This document shows, piece by piece, positions 37,072-49,000 of a stretch of 64,000 nucleotides of DNA. Under the pieces are notes generated by a model that worked only from the letters and a program-made list of their open reading frames with translations, did no database searches and was not told where the DNA came from. Made by a program: the position numbers and the translations under genes. The DNA lies in the NCBI GenBank assembly GCA_002633005.1, contig NMRA01000196.1, positions 289,824 to 353,823 of the forward strand, read 5' to 3'. Position 1 is the first letter of the stretch. Each line of letters opens with the position of its first letter. The DNA is from Phoronis australis (lineage: Eukaryota; Animalia; Phoronida).

Positions 37072-40000
37072 GTAAGAAATGTTAACATTTTCAGCCCATG
37101 TTATGCCAGTGCAGTTTGGTGACTCGGCTAGCAGCCAGACGTATTATGTAATTATATTCATCTCTTGGTTTGCCCTCGAATCATCTTGGGATTGTGTCTT
37201 TATTTTTGACAGACATCTTGTCTAGTATCGTTCAAGGGTTTTATTTTCAGTGAAATAATCAAGGTCAATCAAGCTAAAATCAAGTGTCCTATACACATGT
37301 ATTGTTATGAGAGAAAAGCTCATCATCTACAGAATAAAGGTAAATCATTCATTATTTTGCTAAGTTTACACTTCACCATGTTTTGTACGTACTTGTTAAA
37401 CTTGGGATCTCAATATTCCTTTGGTTTAAGCCTCCAGAGTGTTTTCTTTGTGTAAAACAGCACATTTAATTTGACTATAGGAGTCCCTATTTGCTGACTA
37501 TATCTTTATTTTTCCCTTCGTTCATATGTGTTACAGCTCTGGGTATTTAGCATGTTTTGTAGTGTTGTATTTTGTTTAGTACTAAGGGGGCGTTGCCCCC
37601 AAGCTATTTTATTTTGTAGTTTTCGTAAAACTTACATTCAGTGGTTGCATTATTTAGGTTGAGACGATCCCTGAATATCTTCGTGCATAGAAGTCACTGG
37701 GGTTAAAGTTGTGAGTTTCATGTATTGTGTTTTAAAGGAGTCTATTACAAATGATGTTCTTTGACATATAACTTCCGACATATCTGGTTTAATACTATCG
37801 GGTATAGCTTGTTATTATACATAATCTCGCATAGTCCTACATTGATACATTTTGCCACGTTATAGTTATTTGATATTTAGTCAACTTAGTCTTATATTTC
37901 TTTATTTTTGTAAATTATATCTTAGTCTTATGCTCCTTTATTTTCTTGTATTGTAGATTCACAGTTACTGCATCAGTGAATAATAAAGTCCTTTAAAATC
38001 AAACACTCGTCATTTAAATGGAATACGCCGCCTGAAGTTACCAGTGAATAACTACCCAACATGTCAACAAAGGCGGATATAACAAAGGCTAAGAGAGCCG
38101 TAACCAAGCGGATCAATTTCATCAAACAGCTGATTGCGGAAGGCGTTGAAGAAAGTCAGATTGAAGAGCTGTTTAAAAAGATCACAGAAGTCCATGAATA
38201 ATTAACAAACAATTTAGGTCGTGATGATGGAAAGGTTGAACCAAGCGAGGAATACTTTGCAACAATTCAGATTTATTACATTGAGTTGCTAACTGTTGTG
38301 AAACCATATATTACTCATTCTTGGAAATAGTACTGTTGATTCCGGCAAGGTAGATCCCAAGAGCTACTAAATGTCCTCAGCCTGCCCAAGCTGACTTCGG
38401 AATCCTTCGATGGCGATTCGACTAATTTCCATGTCTTTAGGGTTTCCTTAGAACAGAATGCTGCCAGTCTAACGAATGGTGGTGATGGTAAATTGTCGCG
38501 TCTGCTACAATATACCAAAGGCGACGCCCGTTAAGCAATTCGCACGTGTGCCCTCATTGGTGGCGAAGACGGATACGAGAAAGCAGCAGACATTCTTGAA
38601 GCAAGATTCGGCAGTGATAACACTGTAGTCGAGAGGCTGATACCGAACATCAAAAGGAAAACTTCCTGAAAACTCCGTCGGAGACTCATAGTTTTGCTGA
38701 TGAGTTGGCAAGCGTATTCATCATCTTCAACAAACTGGACAAGCTTCCCAACTTGACACACAATCCTCCGTACTAGAAATCCTAAGCAGATTTACACCGT
38801 TTGTTCAAAATAGGTGAAAGAAACAAGCCCTTGATAAAAAGAGAGAAGAGGGAATCTACCCAGAGCTGGGTATCATTGTCAAGTTTGTGTCCGAGTTATC
38901 ACTAGAAATGAACGATCCGGTCCACGAAAGGCCTAGCATCAGAAGACAAGAACCGCGACACCAGAGATACACAACCTTTCAGACGGCAACGCATTCCGCG
39001 AACCCCAGTCGAGGACCAGAACCCCCCTGTGTATTATGAGGTGACACCAAGTTCGTAGCCAATGACGAAGAACTGCTTTTCGGCCTTCCCGTCCAATATG
39101 TAGCAAAGAAATTCAAATTAACCGAAAACGGTAGCAAAAATAAGGCCCTCGGATTCAAATGGGATTCGGTGTCATATCACCTTTTCCTCGACTTCTCACA
39201 TGGCAATTCGCAGCGAGTGACAAGGAGGGAAATGCTTAGCTACATACCTTCCATGTATGACCCACGAGGACTAGTGGGGCTAATTGTACTTCGTGGGAAG
39301 TTGATGTTTCAAGAAGTGACAAGACTGGGTTTGAAGTGGGAGCAAAATAACTTTTGGATGGCATGGAAATCATGATTTTCCAATGTAAATAATGTCAGCG
39401 CCATCAGAATACCACGCTGTGTCAAGCCTACAGACATCTACGATGCCCTATGAGAGCTGCATCACTTCCGCGATGCTAGTGAGAAAGCATACTGGGTGCT
39501 GCTCATATCTCCGTTGCGTAAATAAAGCGGGTCACATCCACACAGCTTTACTCCTAAGCAGATGCAGAGTTGCGCGGAGCAAGACTCTAACTACATGTGT
39601 ATCGCGACTTGAGCTTCAGGCTGCCACGTTATCTGCACGCATCGACGGCACCTTGAAGGAAGAACTAGGTCTCGTTACGAATTCTACGTTTTCGACAGAC
39701 AGCAAGGTTGTTCTTGGTTTCATACACAACCAAACCAAACGTTTCAAGTTTTTGCTGCAAATAAATTGAGCTTCATCGTGAGAAATATCTCACGAAAACA
39801 ATTTCGCCACATACCAGGAGATGGCAATCCAGCTGACATTGCGTGCAGAGGATGCCTGTCCAGTGACTTACGGTACAATCAAAGGCTGACTGGACCTGAC
39901 TTCCTGTCCACTCACCGTTCCCAGCGGAAGTCTTACGACGTGGGTCCCTTCCGCATATCTGACGGTGACGTAGAAGTGAAGAAGACGGAATTTATGTCGT

Positions 40001-43000
40001 GCGGAATCACTGTCTCATGCATTCACAAGCAAAACGATTATGAGTGGATGCCACTGCCGAGGCTAATCGATTATTATTCGTCCTTGTGTCGGCTTAAGAT
40101 GACAGTAGCTTGGTTGCGAAGGATCAATGACAAACTCAGAATGAAAGACAATGCTCCGCTCTCAAGGCTAAGGGTGGCAGAGATACAAGTGGCTGAGAAA
40201 AGGATTATCACACATGTACAGACGACGTTACCTAAGGAACTCAGCAACAGAAACGACAAGCAGGAGTTTCGGCAGTTAACCCTTACGTGGATAGAGACAG
40301 GCAAAATGAACAATAACCAGATCATCTTTCCAACGGGTATCGTTGCTAAACTGTAAATAAATCACGCTCATGAATTAGAACACATTAGGATTGAACACAC
40401 CATAACTCAGCTCAGAGCTAAATATTGGATAAGACGTAGGGATGTAAAGACAGTATGAGAAAGTGTCTGACTTGCCGCAAAGTTAATTCCACTGAGACAG
40501 TGCCGACAACAGATGGACAATCTGCCTCCCTCGCGTCTATAGTTCGGCGATTCCCCATTCACCAGCACTGGGGTGGACTGCTTCGGGCCGTTCAAAATAA
40601 AAAGAGAGAGATGCGACATTAAGAGATATGGGTGTATATTTACTTCAATGACCCTGAGTGCAGTCCATATTGAAGTAATCGAGAGCCTCGATACAGATTC
40701 TTTCGTCGATGCTCTGAGAGGATTCGTTACCCGAAGAAGCCAGCCACTGACCATGACATCAGACAACAGAGGGAACTTTGTGTCTGGTAATAAGGAATTA
40801 ACTCGAGGTCTTAAAGAATTAGACTCTTCTGCCACACATGTAGATGATGCCTTACTTGAGAAGGAAATCAAACGGTAGTTCATCCCGCTATCGTCTAGTC
40901 ACTTGAGAGGTGCATGGGAGAGACAAATCAGGAACATAGGTAAAGATCTAACAAGTATTCTAAGTTGAGAGTATTTTGAACATCCGACCTATCACACCCA
41001 TAAGTGAAGACATAAACGATTTTCAAGGTCTGCGACCTAGCCACTTGCTGCTACCGAAGGGAGGACACGTGCTTCCGCCATGTAACTCTACTGATGCTGA
41101 CACCTACAGGAGACGTAGGCGACAAGTGCAGCATATTAGTCAGGTGTTCTGGAGAAGGTGGACCAAGCAATATTTGCCTGAACGTCAGCAAAGTATAAAA
41201 TGGCAGCACCTGCAGCCTAACCCGTCAGTTGGAGACCTCGTGCTCGTGATGGATGACAATTTGGAAAGGAACCTATGGCCATCATGCTGTATCAATCAAT
41301 TTCACTGTATTACTGATGGATTAGTGCGCTCAGCTGACGTAAAGAAGAGGAGCACCTTCTTGACCAGGCCCATTACTAAACTCATTGTGCTTGAAGGAAA
41401 ACTGTACTAGGCATTACATTGTAGTCATTCTTTCTCCGGTGAGGTAGATGTTTCTTCATGTTAAATTCTGGACACATTTAATGTGGAGACTATTAACATT
41501 GTCAGCCCATGTTATGCCAGTGCTGTCTGGTGACCCTGCTAGCAGCCAGACGTATTGTGTAATTTTATTTATATCTTGTTTTACCGTCGAAGCATCCTGG
41601 GATTGTGTCTTTCTTTTTGACAGCCATCTTGTCTATTATCATTCAAGGGTTGTATTTTTAGTAAAATAATCAAGGTCAATCTAGCTAAAATCAAGTGTCA
41701 TCTACACATGTATTGATGTGAGGGCCAAGCTCATCATTTACAGAATCAAAGTAAATCATTATTTTGCTAAGTTTTGCACTTACACCATGTTTTGTACTAG
41801 TTCAATTTGGGATCTCGCTATTCCTTTGGCTTAAGCCTACAAATGTGTTCTTTTTGTGAACTAGCACATTTCATTTGACTATAGGAGTCGATATTTGCCG
41901 ACTCTATCTGTACATGTATTTTGCCTGCGTTCATATGTGTTACAGCTCTGGGTATTTAGCATGTTTTGTTCTGTTATATTTTGTTTAGTACTAAGGGGGC
42001 GTTGCCCGCAAGCTATTTTATTCTGTAGTGATCGTAATAATTACATTGAGTGGCTGCATAATTTAGGTTAAGACGATCACTGAATATCTTCGTGCGTACA
42101 AGTCACTGGGGCTAAAGTTGTGAGTTTCACATATTGTGTTTCAAAGGAGTCTATTACGAATAATGTTCTTTGACATATAACTTCCGACATATCTGGTATT
42201 ATAATATCGCGTATAGCTTGTTATTATACAAAGTCTGCATTGACATATTTTGCCGCGTTATTGTTATTTGATATTTAGTCAACTTAGTCTTACATTACTT
42301 TATGCTTGTAAATTAAGTCTTAGTCTTAGTCTTAGTCTTAGCCTTAGTCTTAATATGCTCCTTTATTTTCTTGTGTTGTAGATTCACGATTACTGCGTCA
42401 GTGAATAATAAAGTCCTTTAAAGTTAAATACTCGTCATTTAATTTGCATGCGCCGCAAGAAGTAGTTGATGCGTTGCGAAAATATTTTACCGCCAAGCCT
42501 GCTTTGACGATTTGTGCCTAATTCACCGCTCCTCAGCAACGCTATATGCATTTACAGTCGCAGGTAACATGCTGTCAACGTTAATAAACTTAGCCGCCCC
42601 AGAGGAACGGAATTCGGCAATGTATTTGGATATGATTCAAAAGTAATCATTACAAAGTAATGATTTTTTAAGGATGCATGGGACACTAAAGTTCGTCAAA
42701 ATTATCTTTTTAACAATTCCTGATGAAAACACCACCTTGCTATATGTAGTACAGGGTAATTAATTTTCCCCTATGAGGAAATTTCAAGAAAAATAACACA
42801 AAAAATCGCGATTTTTGAAATACGCGCGAACACAAATCTTTGTGGATATCACAGAGGTTTTGTTCTTCATCGTACTTATGATTAATACGCGTATGCGCAC
42901 ATAGTTAGTTGCTTGAAGTAACTTGCCTCCCGTTCAGTTACGCTAGGACCTCGGTAAAAAGCAAGACTTCGCGAGATTACGTGAGGTATTGCCGTGCATT

Positions 43001-46000
43001 TTAAATGAGAGCACGTGAGTTTAACTAGGTTTTAGCTAGGTCCTAGCGTAGGTCCTAGCGTCTACTGAACGCACGCCTGTTCCCGAGCCTCCGTCACTCT
43101 CAAGTCACGGATAGCGTGTGAAATGTCAGGTACAGCGCACTACAACGACGGTTTCCATTTGCTGTCTGCTGTCAATTTTAACCAGGAAGTTGGCGTGCGC
43201 ATACTTACATCAGGTAAATCGAGGTCGGAAATCACAGGTGAGCTAGCTGTTTATATTGTGATATTACAGGACCGTAAGAAGGCAAAATTATTGGGGCCGG
43301 AGCACAACCAATTGGACTTCGCCAGCTTACCCCCTTCCTATTGCCACCCCCGCTCTCCGTTCTCTGGGTGTCACCGAACCCCTCCCCCACGTCTACCATA
43401 GGTGGGTTGCAATACGTGAGATGCAGCCATCAGGATTTGAGTAAACGTGAACCAGCAAATTTTCACGGAGAGTAAGGATGGGTCAAGGGCCAGCGCACAA
43501 ACGGGTAGCTGAGACTTGCCTTACGTAACTGTAGCTGAGATGCAACAGTGGATCTGACGAACTAGAGCTAGTCGCTACCTGTATGATTCATTTGAGACAG
43601 GCATCTTTGCTAGTACATATTCCTCTGCGCTGGCTGTAAGGTGAAGATTCGTTTTATAATGATCCAGTTTCGGGAAAACTTTATTTCATAATGGCCATTC
43701 TTTGATGGATTTTTTGGAAAGGTGAGGACCCGAGGTCTCTGGTGCTTTTGAATTCCTTGATGAAACACGGTCAGTAGTCCAGTTTCTTGTGGCTTGGAAA
43801 CATGATACAGAGCGTGCCCCAAAATGTACCCATTTCAACACCTGGAGCTCCCGTGAATAGAGATTCTGCGCAGGCCTACTGCATGATTACACCTTATTTT
43901 TATCGTGAATGCGGCAGTCGTGACGTGCTCCGTGTTTGCAGTATGTGCGGGAATGGAAAGCAAACGATTCGGTTTTGAAGAACAAAAATTCATTGTGCAA
44001 TACTATTGGAAACATAAAACATCTAGGAAGTGCAAAGAGAACCTTTCCAAGTTGATGAACAATGAGTTTAAATTTATTTACGTAAGTACTTAAAATTTTT
44101 CTTTCGATTTACGGTTTGTGAACTAAAGCCCACTAATTTACTTCCTAAGTTAATGAACAATTTATTGTCATTTGAATTGTAATAAAACTTTGGGACACTT
44201 TCTAGAGCTGTTCGACATTCATCAATATCCGTTAAACTTATTTCAGATAGACAAATCAAATCGTTTAGTGTATTTAGGGATGTGATGGTAGATCGAATTT
44301 TCCCAATGTCTGCATGCAACAAAGTTCATTGAAGCATTGTCATTTCTTACAAGATTAGGTTCTAATTGCAAACAAATCATCTGTCCATTAGTCCATTTTC
44401 GTAAATTATACATGTTAACATGAAAATCAGAAACCAACAATCGAACCATTGAACAACGCGTTTAACTTGATTTAATGCCCCAATTTCTTTTTGATCCCCT
44501 GTTATTGAGTTTAAACGACAAATCTTGTACCGCAGTCAAAACGCAAAGCATTTATTGCCATTTAAATTGCGAGTAAATTTTTGAGAACTGTCCAAAATTC
44601 ATCAATGTCTTTGAGAGTTATTTTAGATCGGAAAAAGGGTTCAAGTGCACTTAATTTCTTGGGGATCGGGTAATTAGTTTTTTCCATATTTATTCTTCAG
44701 CTGAATTTCCTGAAACATCATTATTTCTTAAAAGATTAGCTTCAAATTGTCAAAAATCCTTTGTGAACCTGTCGGTTTTCATAGACACATAAACATGTAA
44801 ATCAGAAGCCACCGAATGTGTTTATTAAAACGGAATGTTATTAGCATTTTCCGCAGGCATGATCGCAGAACATAGAAGACGGGACATTTATATTAAGGTC
44901 TATTCTTACTCATTTCCAAGGTACCTATAACTGTTCGCGAGTTTCACTTGAACTCCAAAAAAATCTGAAATACATGTATTTATTTAATATTGCAAGTATT
45001 TTGAGTACCCCCTTTGACATGTACACGGTTATCCCAAATCGTAGCCCCAGTCTCTTCGACATTTGTGAATTCATTACAGGCAGTTCCTAGTACCGACCTT
45101 CAAAAGAAATACTATTCTTGTGATACTGTGGTAAAATATAACATTATTTTATAACTAACCATCGGAAGTAGCCTTTTTTGTGTAATTCACAAACAGGGGT
45201 CTTCACGTTCTTCAAAATTCCACCTTTTCTTTTTGATGGCGGTTGCCATGGTTTAACCCTGACGCCTGCTTCCTACGGCTCTTGGTTATCAACAAAATGA
45301 GCTGCAATTAATGTAATTATCGATTCCTTATTATGAAAATAAAGATGAATTAAGACTGGATTCACACTTTTCACTTGACTATTGCTTGGATAACAATCTA
45401 ACCCATCTAGTAATCGTCATTTTGGGTTAAGTGACCCAACTTTAAATGTTTGACGTACATGTACAGTACTGTACGCTGAGCCCAGAATTTTGAAATGTGA
45501 GATATTTTGTAACTACAGCCATTTCAACGAATCAGGTTTATTGCAAAATTAGCTTGCTTACATTGTCTAACACCAGGATGCTTTGATTACAGCGAACCTC
45601 TGTAGTTTCAGAATGTTTTAGGGTGATTCTGGGACGTTGTTTTGCAATAAGACTGCAGTTAACTGATGAATGTTGCAAACTGCGACACATGACATCATGT
45701 GAACGTGGAAGGCAAAAAATGAAACAGTCAACAAGTCAAGGTCCAAGAGAGAGAGAGACTTGCATAGATGGCATATGACCAGTAACTCAGACTTTGCAAG
45801 TCACCATGAAAGGGAGTATTAACAAATAAATTCCACACAAAATGATTTACTTTTTGGTTGAAACTGTATAAAATGAACCATTCTTGTACCAGGATTACTG
45901 ACGGGTTTCACAAGTGAGGCTTGTTGTGTTAAATAGAATACAGACCAGGAAGCTTTTTGCTGAAATTTAATTCCCTTTAAATAATGAATTTGCATGATTA

Positions 46001-49000
46001 TGATCATCACCACAGTGGGTTAATTTTAACCACTGTGCCCACTCACAAAAGCGTGAGGTTTTATCTTACTGACTACAAAAGGGCTGGAATAATCGTAATT
46101 TTAATACAAAAACAAACACCCTCCAGAAATACTTCGTACGACTGTACGACGGCAGTCAAGGTCACTGCTGAATGGCACCGCCAAAAGCGATGTCATTGTC
46201 AGTCATACTACTGCTAGATTGGTCAATGTTTGTGTGTTTATGGCCGTTGACGGTATTTCTATGCTCCTAACTACTGTTTGTAGTACTATTGACAAGTGTG
46301 CCAGGGTATTATGCAATGGCAATGAATAGCAGTATTTCAGCAAACATCCTTGTCTGGCCCACAAGTTCAACCTCCACGGTATTCATGGGAGAGGGTGTGT
46401 TCTGAAAAGATCTAGACAAACTCCCATGACCGCGACTAACGCAGCTACTCCTTTCCTGCTATTGAGTGTATACCTAAAATAAGTGAATGGTGGGTGGCCT
46501 ACTGGCTAGATGTCTTTCACAAAATATTTTTTAAAAATTCATTACACTTCAGAATCCAGCACAGTATACATGTACAGCATAATCGTCATGAAATGTTTCA
46601 TACACGTTGCTGGTGATGTGTTCCTTGACTCGTTAGCGTTGAAATGCAGAAGTTCAACAGAGATATTTAAATTAACAGTTGTAAATACATGTACGTTGCC
46701 GTTCCTTCATTGAAAGTCGCCATGTTGATGAACTAGTTTGACCTATTATACAACTGACCAATCAAATGCCTTATTTCTTGAAATCGGAACAGCCCATGAT
46801 ATTCCCAGTGCTCTGTAGCCGACCCCAACCAATCTAGAGGGTTTGTGCAGGCATAGATTTAGAATATCTATGGTGCAGGAGGATTGAAGTAGCTTGAGGT
46901 CAAAGGTCACATTGCCATATAAGGGAGATGTACGTGTTAGTCTGTGTCTTGCCATACTAAATAAGGAGACGTGCTTTGCCTTGTGGGAGAAAAATCGAAA
47001 AAGGGCCGAGCAGTTGACAGTAATTTGAAACTAAAATAAAATGCTTTCATATCAATAGAAATTAAAAATATGTACGAACAAACCCTAAAAATATCTGGTG
47101 ATCAGGTTCAAATCTGTTTCAGTGGCGGACAACGAACCACTTTCAACATTGCAATTTAGTCTGTTTATGGAGTTCCAGGACTCTAACTAAACACACGTTA
47201 TACGGTCGTGGCCCGTTTTATCAGAGGTCGTAAATACAGTCTTCGTTATACATGTATAATGAAGACAATCGTAACATGTGCATGCATCTCCTTAACATTG
47301 TTCATGAAGGCGGTCATTAATTGTGAATACGAAAACGTATCAAATAAAAATAACGTCAGTTGCATATGGAAAGCCAAAACCCGAAGAATCATAGGACTCA
47401 AATTTTCTATTCAAGAATTAAACTTCCTGCAGGGCCAAGCAATAATATCAAAACCAAAATTTATCACGCCAGAACCCTAAAATTTATCACGTAAGGACCA
47501 CAATTTATCACGTCAGGACACAGAATTTATCGAACTAAGATTTAGATTTGCATGGCAAAATTTCTTGCTTGAGAAAATTGCATGTCAGGAGAAAATTTCA
47601 TGCCATGAGACAACGTGACAATGACGACCCGCTGTGTCTGTGTGATGCTCAGTCATATTTAACCATAGTCGGTGGTGTCAAAGTGTACATTGACCTCTGT
47701 TGTTCATGTAAAGCGCGTAAGAGCAGCCAGAATTTCAACTTTATTGTCATGATAATGTGAATATCGTCGGCGAGCAAACATTGTGTACCTATTACGTCAT
47801 CTCTTTCAGGGGTTATGACGTGCTTGTGGATGGTCTTCTGGCATGAAATTTTCCTGATGTGTGAAATTTTCATGACACATTAAATTTTGGTGCTGACGTG
47901 ATAAATTATAGATCCTGTGGCAATTTTGAATAGATATATTTGGCCCAGCAAAAATAGTTCTTGAATAGAAAATAATTATGCTTTGGCTTTTCATAGTTGC
48001 AACTTTTTTGCTCGTTTTTAAGTATGCAAAGTGTCTCAATCTCGTGCGTTGGCTTGACTCACAATCAATGAAAATGCGATTTGTCAGCAAGTTCTCGCAC
48101 AGATGAGAGTGGTCATTGATTTTCATTAAGCACCTGGCAAAACGACGCTAAAGTTCCCGGGGATCCCAAATCACTCATATTCTGAAGCAAGTCAATAGTT
48201 GACACTACGCTGATCATTAACGTTTTTCTCCCCATGCAGTTGCCTCCTGTTGGGGGAACGGTCTTTCGGGGAAGATTGCATCAAAAACGATTTCTTTTCT
48301 AACTTGGGTTCCTGCTAAATAGAACTATTAATCTCGCTGATCGAGACGATATTCTTTTGAAAAAGTTCAGTGCCTTTTACTGCATCGGCAGTCATCAATT
48401 AAGGCGCTTCATTTTCAGAGAATCAATTCCAACACAGACGCCCGGGACTTCCTAAACGTGTCTACTAGAATAGCCTTGAGTGCTCGTGCCTTGGGTGCTT
48501 CTGCAAGCATGGGGTATTCTTCCAGCTATCTGAAATCCCAGTCCAGGAGCACAAGACATGTCGAGGTGTTGGAACATATAGAGCACAAGACGGTATGTAC
48601 ACCTTGAGTAGCTGCATGGAGTGTTCTGTACACATGTATGTACTCTTATTCAATTAGATATAACTCTCCGAAGATTCTTTAAGCGTAGAGCGAAACGTCT
48701 GGGTTAGAGACGGAGAGGGGGGACGGAGATAGGAAGAGACGGAGGGTGTTGGGGATGGGGTTAGGGAGAGAGGGAAGCAGGGTTGGGGGTCTTACATAAT
48801 CTTAATAGTTCGTGTTGTTTCCACTGAAGTATACATCCTTTCATGGCACATTCACTACTGATTTTTTTGTTTTCCAAGCTCACATGAGCAATGGAAAGGG
48901 TCTGGAATTCCGTTTTTATGCGCCCACATAGGTGAATGCGTATTCCTGCCATCTCTGTACAGGCGTCCGGTCGTCCGGATTCCAGGCGTCTGGCGTCCGC

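Larger units (their letters stand above)
37080..42457 (+). mobile_element. BEL/Pao LTR retrotransposon, degenerate and internally deleted, in intron 1
   Basis: Two ~960-bp LTRs; TSD AGAAA (37075-37079) / AGAAG (42458-42462); gag remnant from 38061 (LPKL..FDGD, KLSRLLQY, ILEARFG); Pao RNase H region (YDPRGL, RLELQAA, NPADIACRG); integrase (DCFGPF, AVHIEV, SDNRGNF); C-terminal FWRRW..YL, RPITKL. Many stops and frameshifts. Confidence 0.95.

Noticed and set aside
43123-43401. ORF containing EITGELAV, resembling the expected exon-2 motif
   Set aside because: No suitable phase-0 acceptor/donor pair; 48419-48592 fits much better.
42536-45130. Extra small AG...GT exon candidates in intron 1 (about 42536-42562, 44858-44920, 45080-45130)
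   Set aside because: Exon 1 joins 48419 seamlessly in family motif spacing; these peptides add nothing recognisable and one is out of phase.
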